From an uncultured Thermoplasmata archaeon (GTDB taxonomy: Archaea; Thermoplasmatota; Thermoplasmata; Lutacidiplasmatales; UBA184): a DNA stretch of 64,000 nucleotides. This document shows positions 30,161 to 39,424 of this stretch, in pieces. Position 1 is the stretch's first letter, and each line of letters opens with the position of its first letter. The translations under genes and the position numbers were made by a program. Below the pieces are notes generated by a model. That model made no database searches. It was given only the letters and a program-made list of their open reading frames with translations, and was not told the DNA's origin. The stretch is from contig CAWISZ010000003.1 in NCBI GenBank assembly GCA_963838955.1, positions 341,121 through 405,120 of the forward strand. Reading direction: 5' to 3'.

Positions 30161-30963
30161 GATCCACCTCGCGGCATGCTCCCGATCCGGCAGAGGCCCG
30201 CCACGAACTCGGCCGGGTCGCGTGCGCGAGCGAGTGCCGAACCGACGAGAACGCCATCCGCGCCCCAGGTGCGGAAGCGCGCCGCGTCCTCGGGCCCTTC
30301 GATGCCGCTCATCCCGATCATCGGACGAAGTCCTCGCGCATGGGCGAACGTCTGCGCCGCGATCTCGGGGCGGAACCTCAGGGAGTCCAGGTCCCGCAGG
30401 TTGATGCCGTACAGGTCCGCGGAGACGTCGTCGGCGACCGCGAGCTCGTCGGGGCCGTGGAACTCGAGCAGGACCTCGAGCCCGCTCTCGTGGGCCCGCT
30501 CGGCGAGCTCGGCGAGCGGGTGCGACAGCCGGCGGTCCGTCCCGAGCCGGGCGAGAAGGAGGACCGCCGCGGCTCCCGCCCTCCGGGCGGCATCGATCTG
30601 GATCGGGTCGATCACGAAGTCCTTGAACAGTACCGGGAGACGGCTGCGTGCGGCGAGGGCCGCGACATCCTCCGGCGCGCCCGCGAACTCCGGGGTCGTC
30701 GCGAGGCAGGACAGGCCCGCGGCGCCTCCCGCCTCGGCGACGCGAACGAATGAATCGATCTCGGACCGCGGGAGCGTCGGTTCGTGGGAGCCCGGGGACC
30801 GACGCTTGTGCTCGAGCAGCACCCCCCAGCCGTGGGCCGCGGATCCGATCGATGCGCGCAAGCTCGGAGGAGGTCGTCGCGCGGAAGGCGATAGACCGAT
30901 CGCGTACCCGGGAGAGGTGATCGTTCGGCGGATCTCGGGAAGCAGCTCGTCTAGGAATGCCAT
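30157..30963 (-). CDS. trpC: Indole-3-glycerol-phosphate synthase
   Basis: EHKRRSPG, LFKDF, GINLRDL, GVLVGSAL. Confidence 0.92.
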   Translation of the reverse strand: MAFLDELLPEIRRTITSPGYAIGLSPSARRPPPSLRASIGSAAHGWGVLLEHKRRSPGSHEPTLPRSEIDSFVRVAEAGGAAGLSCLATTPEFAGAPEDVAALAARSRLPVLFKDFVIDPIQIDAARRAGAAAVLLLARLGTDRRLSHPLAELAERAHESGLEVLLEFHGPDELAVADDVSADLYGINLRDLDSLRFRPEIAAQTFAHARGLRPMIGMSGIEGPEDAARFRTWGADGVLVGSALARARDPAEFVAGLCRIGSMPRGGS

Positions 30964-30965
30964 CG

Positions 30966-32012
30966 CTACTCCTCCTGCGCCCAAACGCGCGAGGCGCCGA
31001 GTTCGCGGAGCCGACCGAGCAGCGCTTCCGCCTCGCCGGAATCGAGCGCGTCGGCGGCGTGCGCGACGCCGGCTCGCAGCGACGGTACCGCGCCCCGCAC
31101 CCACAGTGCGAGCGCGCTCGTCAGGAGGATGCTCCCCCGGCGGGCGCCGCCTCCACCCGCCAGGATCCGTTCGGTCTCGGCCGCCGACTCTCGAGCGGCC
31201 AGCGGACCGTTCGACCCGCGCCGATCGTCCGACTCGAGGTAGCGGTGCGGGTCCACCCGGAAACGATGCCGACGGGGGCCGTTCCATAGGAACAGCTCGG
31301 ACGGCTTCGTGGGGGAGAACTCGTCCGTCGAGTCCGAGGCGGCGATCGTAGCACCGGCACGAACCCCGAGCCGCGGAAGGATCGACGCCACGCTCTGGGC
31401 CGTTGCACGATCGGGGGTGCCGACGACCTGATAGGAGACGCGGGCCGGGTTGGTGAGCGGACCGAGCTGGTTGAACAAGGTGCGGATCCCGAGCGCGCGG
31501 CGGACGGGCCCCACCGCGCCGATCGCCGGATGGAAGAGCGGTGCGTGCAGAAACGTGATGCCCTCGCGTCGATAGCTCTCCCGTGCGAAGGCCCGCGACG
31601 CAAGGTAGGGAAGGCCGAGGGCCTCGATCAGATCGCTCGACCCTGCGTAGCCGAGGCGGGCCCCCCGAAGGCTCCGGTTTCCGTGCTTCGCCACCGGGAC
31701 GCCCGCCGCGCGCACCACGAACGACGAGACGGTGCCCACGTTGAACGCAGGACGTCGCGCACCGCCGGATCCGCACAGATCGATCGCCCGGTTCGCGCGG
31801 GGCCCGGGGAACGGGATCGAACGGCGTTGGAGCTCGCGCGCGAAGGTCGCGATCTCGGCCGGGGTTTCGCCGCGCGTGGCGAGCGCGGCGAGGAGTCCCG
31901 CGCGTTCTACGTCGGGCGTCGAGCTCCGAACCAAAAGATCGACCGCGGAGCGGACCTCGGTCGGACGCAGCGGTCGGCCGTCGGCCGCCCGCTCGAGCAG
32001 CGACCCGATCAT
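30966..32012 (-). CDS. trpD: Anthranilate phosphoribosyltransferase
   Basis: DLCGSGG, KHGNRS, FNQLGPLTNP. Confidence 0.95.
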   Translation of the reverse strand: MIGSLLERAADGRPLRPTEVRSAVDLLVRSSTPDVERAGLLAALATRGETPAEIATFARELQRRSIPFPGPRANRAIDLCGSGGARRPAFNVGTVSSFVVRAAGVPVAKHGNRSLRGARLGYAGSSDLIEALGLPYLASRAFARESYRREGITFLHAPLFHPAIGAVGPVRRALGIRTLFNQLGPLTNPARVSYQVVGTPDRATAQSVASILPRLGVRAGATIAASDSTDEFSPTKPSELFLWNGPRRHRFRVDPHRYLESDDRRGSNGPLAARESAAETERILAGGGGARRGSILLTSALALWVRGAVPSLRAGVAHAADALDSGEAEALLGRLRELGASRVWAQEE

Positions 32013-32590
32013 CGATGAACCTCCTTGAGGAAGTTCCGGAGGATCGTCGGCCCACGGACGGTGAGGTAGGACTCCGGATGGAACTGGACCCCCACCACGG
32101 GCCGCTGACGGTGCCGCACCGCCATGACGGTCCCATCGGCCGTGGAGGCGGTCACTTCCAGGGCCGGGGGTACGCGGTGAGCATCGAGCACGAGCGAGTG
32201 GTACCGCGCCGCGTCGAACGGAGAGGGCACTCCCCGAAAGAGCGGGTCGGCTCCGTGCCGGACGGCGGCCGTCGCGCCGTGCACCGGCGAGCGGGCATGG
32301 ATGACCCGGCCTCCGAAGTGCTCGCCGATGAGCTGGTGGCCGAGACAGACGCCGAGCACGGGACGCTCACGGCTGAATTCGGTCAACACCCGGCGCGCGA
32401 GCCCTGTGACGCGCCGGTCCCGAGGATGGCCCGGACCGGGAGAGAACACGAAGCCGTCGGGGGCGTACTCGGTGACCTCCGACCACGGAGCCGTGTACCG
32501 GATCGTGCGTACGTCGGCTCCCGCGGTGCGGAGCGCTTGATCCACGTTGTACACGAAGGAGTCCTCGTGGTCGATCACCAGGACCTTCAT
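32009..32590 (-). CDS. trpG: Anthranilate synthase component II
   Basis: IDHEDSF, SPGPG, GVCLGHQ, RYHSL, QFHPES. Confidence 0.95.
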   Translation of the reverse strand: MKVLVIDHEDSFVYNVDQALRTAGADVRTIRYTAPWSEVTEYAPDGFVFSPGPGHPRDRRVTGLARRVLTEFSRERPVLGVCLGHQLIGEHFGGRVIHARSPVHGATAAVRHGADPLFRGVPSPFDAARYHSLVLDAHRVPPALEVTASTADGTVMAVRHRQRPVVGVQFHPESYLTVRGPTILRNFLKEVHR

Positions 32591-33789
32591 CGCGCGTCTC
32601 CGACCAGCGTCGACTCCACCTGCGCCAGTTTGGCGAGCACCTCGCGGTACTCGCGCCGAGGCTGGGACTGCCAGACGATCCCGGCACCCGCCGCCGTGTG
32701 CAGGGTTCCGGCGGCCGCGAACGCGGTTCGTATGGAGAGCGCCCAGGCCGCGTCGCCGTTCCCACGAAGGAGGCCGACCGCTCCTCCATAGGGGCCCCTC
32801 CACGTTCGCTCCTGCTGGCGGAGGACCTGGGTCGCGCGGATCTTCGGCGCGCCGCTCACGGTTCCCGCGGGGAACGTCGCGGCGAGCGCCTCCCAGGGTC
32901 CGACCTCGGGGCGCAGGCGGCCGCCGACCCGGCTGATGAGATGCTCGAGTCGGGCGAACCGCTCGCGGCGCTCCCTCGATAGGATGCGCACCGTCCCGGC
33001 TTCGGAGATGCGCCCGAGATCGTTGCGGGCGAGGTCGACGAGCATCCGGTGCTCCGCGAGCTCCTTCGGGTCCTTTTCGAGCGCGCGACGGCCCCGGCGA
33101 GCCCGTCCGCGCGGCAGGGTCCCGGCGATCGGGCTGATGTACGCGCGCCCTCCCCGGACTTCGAGGGCGGACTCCGGACTCGCGCCGACGATCTCTCGAT
33201 CGTCGAAACGCAGATAGTAGAAGTAGGCGAATCGTTCGACCGCGCGCAGCCGGCCGGCGCGTTCGAGCAGGTTCGCCGGCCGTGGCCAGCTGCGGCGGGT
33301 CGCGACTACGACCTGGAACGCCTCGCCGTCCCCGACCGCCGCGCGTGCGCGCCGGACCGCCCGTTCGAACCGCCGCTGGGGGAGCGTCTCGTGCAGTGGC
33401 CGACCGGGATGGCGGCTCTCTCGGGAGGCCACGGGGTGCATCGACCGTCGAGGTACGCGCTCCAGATGCAATCGGTCGATGACCGCGAATTCTCCGATCG
33501 GGAACGGCGTCCCCGGAGGGACCTTCCTCAACAGCGGCTCGAATGCCGAGACCGCGTCGAATCCGATGTAACCGATCAACGCCCGGTCCTTGCGGCCGCG
33601 CAGCGTGCGCGCGGTCCGGTCCTCGAGCGAAGCGGTCGTGTCGCGCGGCCCGATCGGGAAGCGTGCTCGCGGTTCCACGAACGACGTCGCCCATCGCCCG
33701 GGAATCCCGGGCGCATCGCCGCGCTCGATGTACCCCGCACAGGCGCCGTCCCGCGAGCGGCGGACGAACTCCTCCCATGGATCGTTCAT
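32587..33789 (-). CDS. trpE: Anthranilate synthase component I (short form)
   Basis: GASPE, PIAGT, EHRMLVDLARND, FPAGTVSGAPK. Confidence 0.92.
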   Translation of the reverse strand: MNDPWEEFVRRSRDGACAGYIERGDAPGIPGRWATSFVEPRARFPIGPRDTTASLEDRTARTLRGRKDRALIGYIGFDAVSAFEPLLRKVPPGTPFPIGEFAVIDRLHLERVPRRSMHPVASRESRHPGRPLHETLPQRRFERAVRRARAAVGDGEAFQVVVATRRSWPRPANLLERAGRLRAVERFAYFYYLRFDDREIVGASPESALEVRGGRAYISPIAGTLPRGRARRGRRALEKDPKELAEHRMLVDLARNDLGRISEAGTVRILSRERRERFARLEHLISRVGGRLRPEVGPWEALAATFPAGTVSGAPKIRATQVLRQQERTWRGPYGGAVGLLRGNGDAAWALSIRTAFAAAGTLHTAAGAGIVWQSQPRREYREVLAKLAQVESTLVGDAR

Positions 33790-35108
33790 CGACCGGCCTC
33801 CTCCACCAGCGCGCGGTGAAGCACGCGGAGCGCTGCGCGAGCCTTGGGGATCGGGACGGCGAAGGAGAGCGATCGGGGGGTGGCGCTCAACCCTTCCCCG
33901 TCGGCGAGGATCGCCGGCGGGATGCGGCCGAGATCGTCGAGTACTCCATCCCCGATCGCCGTGAGCAGGCCGACGGGGAACGGACCTTCGATACTGGCGC
34001 CCCCTCCCCGGGTGAGGACGGCGAGCGCGCGGGCCGCGGCACGAGCCTTGGCCCGCTCGACGACGATGCTCAGCAGCGAGGAAGATGTGAAAAGAGTCAC
34101 GATGTTCACGCGCGCATCCGCGAGCCGCTGCGATGCCTCCGCGACGACCCCCGGTCGCTGGCGGCCTCCCGGCACGCGAATCCGGACCAGGCCGAGGGGT
34201 TCGAGGAGCGTGAGCGCCCGCATCCCGTTCGGGCCCCGGGGAGGCCCGATGATCGTCACCTCCCGCGGGTCGTCGAGGGAGCGAACCGCGATCTCCAGGT
34301 TCGCGGTTCGCGCCGGCTGGACCGTCAATGGGTGGAGGACCTTCGCCCCGAACTGGGCAAGCTCCTCGGCCTCTTCGTAGGAGAGGCGTCGGATCGGGCG
34401 CGCGCGGGGCACGAGCCGCGGGTCGGCCGTCAGCACGGAGACGCCGCGTTTGATGAGCTCGACCCGGCGGGCGCCGAGGATCGCCCCGATCGCGGTCGCC
34501 GAGTAATCGGAACCGCCGCGGCCGAGCGTGACGACCCGTCCACTCCGGCTCCGCCCGAAGAATCCCGTGACCACCGGGATCCGTCCCGCCCGCAGGTGGG
34601 CTCCCAGCCCGGCACGAACGGCCGCGGCCGAGCGATCGATGCGGATGGTCCCCGATCCGTGCCGACCGTCCGTGATGAGGCCGAGCCGATCGGCCTCGAC
34701 GCCAGCGGCCGGAAGATCCGCGCTCCTGAGCTCGGTCACGAGCCAATCCACTGCGACGCGCTCCCCGAAGCTCAGGATGAGGTCGGCAGTGGAAGGGTCG
34801 CACCGACCACGGCGCTCCACGCGACCGACGAGACGGTGCAGGTCGGCGAGATGCGCGCGACCGATCGCGGAAAGGTCCGGATGTTGCTCTTCGATGCGGA
34901 CGAGGGCTTCCCGATGCGCCCGGGTCGAGCGCGGTCGATCGATCAATCCGCGAAGCTCGTCGGTCACGCCCTCCCGGGCCGAGACGATCAGGACCACGGG
35001 GGAACGGGAGTCGCGAAGCGCCCGGATCCGAGTCACGATCACATCCGGCCGGGCGAGCGACGCTCCTCCGAACTTGACGATGAGCGGACGGCGGGGGCGA
35101 ACGGTCAC
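33786..35108 (-). CDS. lysC: Aspartate kinase
   Basis: KFGGAS, TLGRGGSDYSA, GAKVLHP, C-terminal ACT-like region. Confidence 0.93.
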   Translation of the reverse strand: MTVRPRRPLIVKFGGASLARPDVIVTRIRALRDSRSPVVLIVSAREGVTDELRGLIDRPRSTRAHREALVRIEEQHPDLSAIGRAHLADLHRLVGRVERRGRCDPSTADLILSFGERVAVDWLVTELRSADLPAAGVEADRLGLITDGRHGSGTIRIDRSAAAVRAGLGAHLRAGRIPVVTGFFGRSRSGRVVTLGRGGSDYSATAIGAILGARRVELIKRGVSVLTADPRLVPRARPIRRLSYEEAEELAQFGAKVLHPLTVQPARTANLEIAVRSLDDPREVTIIGPPRGPNGMRALTLLEPLGLVRIRVPGGRQRPGVVAEASQRLADARVNIVTLFTSSSLLSIVVERAKARAAARALAVLTRGGGASIEGPFPVGLLTAIGDGVLDDLGRIPPAILADGEGLSATPRSLSFAVPIPKARAALRVLHRALVEEAGR

Positions 35109-36190
35109 GGTGACCTTCTCCAGGGGTCCAGGAGCCCGTAGGAATGCGCGAGTTCCGCATTCGATACCGAGCCGCCCGCGCCTCCCCGGACCGCATTGTG
35201 GACGAGGAGGTAGAATCGGAGGTACGGCGCTTCCCAGCGCACCCGGCCGATGGAGACCGCCATCCCACGGGCGCGATGCGGGCTCCCGGCCCAGCGGTCG
35301 CGAATGGGCTGTGGTCGGTCGGGCTCACTTCGCAGCACGATTGGCGGGTGGGGGAGCGTGGGCAGACCCGCTCCCGCGAGCGGGTCGAAGCGACGCCAAG
35401 CATCGAGGATCTCGGCTCGGCTCGGGCGCCGTCGAGCGGTGACGGTGATCGCCTCGAGGTGACCGTCCCGAACCGCGACGCGGGCACAGTGGGCGAGCAC
35501 CGGTTCCGTCCGAGGGCGGATCCGACCGTCGCGGGCTGTCCCCAGCATGCGGCGAGTCTCCCCAGCGACCTTCTCCTCCTCGTCGCGGATGAACGGGACG
35601 ACGTTGTCGGCGATCGAGAGCGATGCGACGCCTGGGAATCCCGCCCCCGACAGGGCTTGGTAGCTCGCGACGTGGACCTCGCGGGGAGCCATGAGCCTCC
35701 AGATCGGAGCCAATCCCAGCACGAGGCCGGCGGCCGTGCAGTTCGGGTTCGTGACCAGGATCCCACCCGGACGGCGGTGCGCGGTGAGCGCGCGCAGGTG
35801 GGCCGCATTCACCTCGGGGACGAGCAGGGGGACGTCGGGATCCATGCGGTGGTCGGAGGAGTTGCTGAAGACGTGGATGCCCCTCCGGCGGCATTCGGAC
35901 TCCAGGACGCCGGCCGTGCCGGAAGGAAGGGCGCCGAACACCACGCGCACACCGCGCGCGCGGAGCTCACGAGGGGTGAGAGGGGCAATCCGTTGCCGGG
36001 CGAGCGCACCCGGGACCTCTTCGGGAAGCTGCCAGAGCTCCTCGAGGCGCCGGCCCGCGGAGCGATCCGATCCCACGAGGAGGGGGGGAGCGAAGAACGG
36101 GTGATCGTCGAGCAGGCGGGCGAAATGTTGGCCGATGTACCCGCTCGCGCCGAGGATCGCGGTCGGGATTGGCGCGGGGTCCCCGCTCAC
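35105..36190 (-). CDS. asd: Aspartate-semialdehyde dehydrogenase (archaeal type)
   Basis: ILGASGYIG, VPEVN, NPNCT, SGAG, HNAVRGGAG. Confidence 0.95.
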   Translation of the reverse strand: MSGDPAPIPTAILGASGYIGQHFARLLDDHPFFAPPLLVGSDRSAGRRLEELWQLPEEVPGALARQRIAPLTPRELRARGVRVVFGALPSGTAGVLESECRRRGIHVFSNSSDHRMDPDVPLLVPEVNAAHLRALTAHRRPGGILVTNPNCTAAGLVLGLAPIWRLMAPREVHVASYQALSGAGFPGVASLSIADNVVPFIRDEEEKVAGETRRMLGTARDGRIRPRTEPVLAHCARVAVRDGHLEAITVTARRRPSRAEILDAWRRFDPLAGAGLPTLPHPPIVLRSEPDRPQPIRDRWAGSPHRARGMAVSIGRVRWEAPYLRFYLLVHNAVRGGAGGSVSNAELAHSYGLLDPWRRSP

Positions 36191-37272
36191 GATAGGAACC
36201 CTCCGCGATAGGCGAGATCGGCAAGCACCATCGCGCCGACGTCCTCGACCACGACGACCGCACGCGGAACGATGCACGGATCGTGGCGGCCCGTGACGAC
36301 GAGCTCGGCGGGCTCGTGCGTGGTGAGGTTGACGGTGTGCTGCGGGCGGGCGATCGAGGAGGTCGGCTTGACGGCCGCCCGGTAGACGATCGGCATCCCG
36401 TCGGCGAGACCCCCGAGGATCCCGCCGGCATGGTTCGAGGTCGTTCGGATTCGGCCCTCCTCGTAGCGGAACGCGTCGTTGTGCTCGCTGCCTCGCATGC
36501 GCGCCGCCCGGAACCCTGCGCCAAACTCGATCGCTTTCACGGCGGGGATGGCGAAGACCGCGTGCGCGATCTCGCCCTCGATCGAATCGAAGAACGGCTC
36601 GCCGAGGCCGACCGGCACTCCCGCGATTCGGACCTCGACGACACCCCCGACGCTGTCCCCGGCGCGACGGGCCGTGGCGATCTCCTCTTCCATCCGAAGG
36701 GCCGCGGCAGGATCGGGGCAGGAGACCTCGTTGGCGCTCGCACGCCCGCGGATCTCCTCGAGCGACAGCGACTCGTCGATCGAAGCGTCGGTCGTGCCGA
36801 TGCTCCGGGTGAACCCGACCAGATCCACGCCGATCGGGGCCAGGAGCTGGCGGGCCAGCGCTCCGGCGATCACGAGCCCGACCGTCATGCGGCCGGAGAA
36901 GATCCCTCCGCCGGAAAGATCCGCCTCGGGTCCGTACCGGACCCGCGCCGGGTAGTCCGCGTGGCCCGGACGCGGCAGCTCTCGCATCCGGTCGTAGGGC
37001 GCGCGCTGGACATCCTCGTTCGCGACGTGCGCTCGGAACGACCCTCCGTCCGTCCGGCCATCGACCACTCCTCGCTCGATGATCATCCGGTCCTCCTCCT
37101 GGCGCTTCGTGGCGAGGCGCCGGCCGACCGGCTTTCGGCGGTCGAGCTCGCGCTGGATCGCGGCCACGTCGATGGGGTGTCCGGGCGGGACCCCGTGGAT
37201 CTCGACACCGACCTCGGGGCCGTGGCTGGTCCCGAACAGGGTGACCCGGTACCGCTGGCCGAACTCCATCAT
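36187..37272 (-). CDS. aroC: Chorismate synthase
   Basis: FGTSHG, RPGHAD, FSGRMT, GRHDPCI. Confidence 0.96.
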   Translation of the reverse strand: MMEFGQRYRVTLFGTSHGPEVGVEIHGVPPGHPIDVAAIQRELDRRKPVGRRLATKRQEEDRMIIERGVVDGRTDGGSFRAHVANEDVQRAPYDRMRELPRPGHADYPARVRYGPEADLSGGGIFSGRMTVGLVIAGALARQLLAPIGVDLVGFTRSIGTTDASIDESLSLEEIRGRASANEVSCPDPAAALRMEEEIATARRAGDSVGGVVEVRIAGVPVGLGEPFFDSIEGEIAHAVFAIPAVKAIEFGAGFRAARMRGSEHNDAFRYEEGRIRTTSNHAGGILGGLADGMPIVYRAAVKPTSSIARPQHTVNLTTHEPAELVVTGRHDPCIVPRAVVVVEDVGAMVLADLAYRGGFLS

Positions 37273-38546
37273 GATGCGACTCCTCGCCCGTGCACCACGC
37301 CGGCGAGCGCGTCCCAGAATCCGGGGAACGACTTTCGGACCGCGCGCGCATCCCCCAGGTGAGATGGCGAACCGGCGGTGAGGGCACCGACGGCCGCGCT
37401 CATGACGAGGCGATGATCGTCGAGCCCACGGAGCGAGAGCGACCGCGGAATCGCGGTGCCCAGGATGCCCAGCTCTCCTCGCGCGGTGCCGACCCAGGCA
37501 CCCATCGCGCGCACGATGCGCGCGGTTTCGGCGAACCGATCCGACTCCTTCAGACGTACGTGCGCCGCCCCTCGAAGATGGCTTCGGCGACCGGGGACTC
37601 CTGCGGCGAGCACCCCGACGAGCGGATAGAGGTCCGGGGAGTTCGTGAGGTCGACCGAGATCCCTCGGAGCAGCGGACCGCTCACTTCGATTTCGGATCG
37701 AGTGCGGCGGACGGACGCCCCCATCCGGCTCAGGATGTCGAGTAGGGCGAGATCGGCCTGCGGCCAGCGCCGGTCGATCCCGGTCACGGTCACACCTCCA
37801 CCGGTGAGAGCCGCCGCCGCCCAAAAATAGGCGGCCGACGAAGCGTCCCCCGGCACGGTGAACGAAGTGGCCCGAAACGGCTGCGGCCCGTCGATCCGAT
37901 AGCCCCGGGGTCGGGAAACGATCCGGACCCCGTAGGCCCTCAGGACCGCAGCGGTCGCGTCGATGTACGTTCGCGAGACCGAGGGTCCTCGGAGCCGGAT
38001 CTCCGATCGTCCCTCGACGCGCGGTAGGGCCAGCAATAGGGCGGAGAGATACTGGGAGGTCTCGTCGACCCGCACGTCGATCCGGCCAGCGGAGATCGGT
38101 CCGTGGATCGTGCATGGAAGGGCCCGGCCCTCGCGTTCGGGGGAGATCCGCGCTCCGAGCGCGCGCAGCGCGTCGTACAGGTCCGACATCGGTCGGGAGG
38201 GGAGTCGTCCCTGACCCGTGAGCCGGATCGGTCGATCGGAGAGGGCCGCGAGCGCCGTCAGGAATCTCAGCGTCGTGCCCGACTCCCCGCACTGGATCGT
38301 TCGGAGGCGTCCGCGCGCGACGCGGGCGGGGCGGATCTGCCACCGGTTCGTGGCGAACCGCACGCGAGAGCCCAGAGCAGCGAGCCCGCAGGCGGTGGCG
38401 CGCGTGTCGTTCGAATCGAGCGGCCGAAGGATGAAGGACGGGCGACCGCAGAGGTGGGCCGCGACGAGCGCGCGGTGGGTGTAGCTCTTCGAGGAGGGCG
38501 GGGACAGCCGCCCTCGCACGATGCCGGGATTCACCGTGCGGATCAT
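37269..38546 (-). CDS. aroA: EPSP synthase
   Basis: PSSKSYTHR, CGESGTTLRF, SQYLSALL, KESDR, DDHR. Confidence 0.95.
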   Translation of the reverse strand: MIRTVNPGIVRGRLSPPSSKSYTHRALVAAHLCGRPSFILRPLDSNDTRATACGLAALGSRVRFATNRWQIRPARVARGRLRTIQCGESGTTLRFLTALAALSDRPIRLTGQGRLPSRPMSDLYDALRALGARISPEREGRALPCTIHGPISAGRIDVRVDETSQYLSALLLALPRVEGRSEIRLRGPSVSRTYIDATAAVLRAYGVRIVSRPRGYRIDGPQPFRATSFTVPGDASSAAYFWAAAALTGGGVTVTGIDRRWPQADLALLDILSRMGASVRRTRSEIEVSGPLLRGISVDLTNSPDLYPLVGVLAAGVPGRRSHLRGAAHVRLKESDRFAETARIVRAMGAWVGTARGELGILGTAIPRSLSLRGLDDHRLVMSAAVGALTAGSPSHLGDARAVRKSFPGFWDALAGVVHGRGVAS

Positions 38547-39424
38547 GAGGCCTCCGGGGTCGCCCCGGTACGAGCGCGGGGCCGGAAGTCGACCGCACGT
38601 ATCTCTCCGCCACCGGAAGCGAGGGCAGCTCGAACGCGATCCGCGCATTCCGGCGGTACCAACACCGCGACGGCCGGCCCCAGTCCGCTCACTCCGCTCG
38701 CGATCGCGCCTCGCTCGGCGACACGTCGCCGAAGATCGCCGTACTCGTAGCCCAGCACGGATTCGACGAGCTCGGTGTTGAGTTCCATCGCTCCCAGGAG
38801 GTCTCCGCCGAGTGCCGCGTCGACCGCCGGCCGGGCCTCGGCGGCTCTCGCCCGGAATCGCTCGTGCCACCCGGTGGACGGGCGATGGGTGGAGGAAGGG
38901 ATCCACAGGAGAACGGTGAGACCGGACGGAGCTTCCCCCGACCAGAGCACCGCGCGAGCCGCGTTGTCCGTAATGACCGCGCCCCCCGCGAGCGACGCGT
39001 ATGCATCATCGAACGCCCCCGTCGCGCTGAGGCCGATCTTCTGAGAGAGGTCGGCCGACATCCGCGCGAGGGTCGCGGGCTCCGCGGGTACGCCGGCGGC
39101 TCGAGCCACACCCGCGAGGACCGCACCGCTCACCGCGGAGGAGCTCTTCAATCCGCACGCCGACGGGATCGAGGACCGGACCCGGACACGGGCCGACGGC
39201 GAGCGGCCGTGCGCGAATCGCTCCACCCCGGCCGCGACGGCGGCGCGCACGAGCGGGGTGTCGCTGGGTGGCAGGATCGTGATCGCGCTGGATCCGTGGC
39301 GCCCTTCGAGATCGAGCTCGACCTCGGCCTCGACCGCCAACGTGACGGCCGCGGCGGCGCCGATCCCGGTCGGCAGGGCGTTCACGAACGTGATCGCTCC
39401 CGAGGCCGTGCCTATGCCGCGCAC
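38543..39424 (-). CDS. aroK: Archaeal (GHMP-type) shikimate kinase
   Basis: VNALPTGIG, GLKSSSA, TGAFDDA, SGLGP. Confidence 0.93.
   Translation of the reverse strand: MRGIGTASGAITFVNALPTGIGAAAAVTLAVEAEVELDLEGRHGSSAITILPPSDTPLVRAAVAAGVERFAHGRSPSARVRVRSSIPSACGLKSSSAVSGAVLAGVARAAGVPAEPATLARMSADLSQKIGLSATGAFDDAYASLAGGAVITDNAARAVLWSGEAPSGLTVLLWIPSSTHRPSTGWHERFRARAAEARPAVDAALGGDLLGAMELNTELVESVLGYEYGDLRRRVAERGAIASGVSGLGPAVAVLVPPECADRVRAALASGGGEIRAVDFRPRARTGATPEAS

Noticed and set aside
32587..35808. 1073-aa ORF suggesting a giant TrpE fusion
   Set aside because: The upstream ~670 aa are an alternative-frame shadow over lysC and asd; the real TrpE starts at ATG 33789, coupled to the lysC stop
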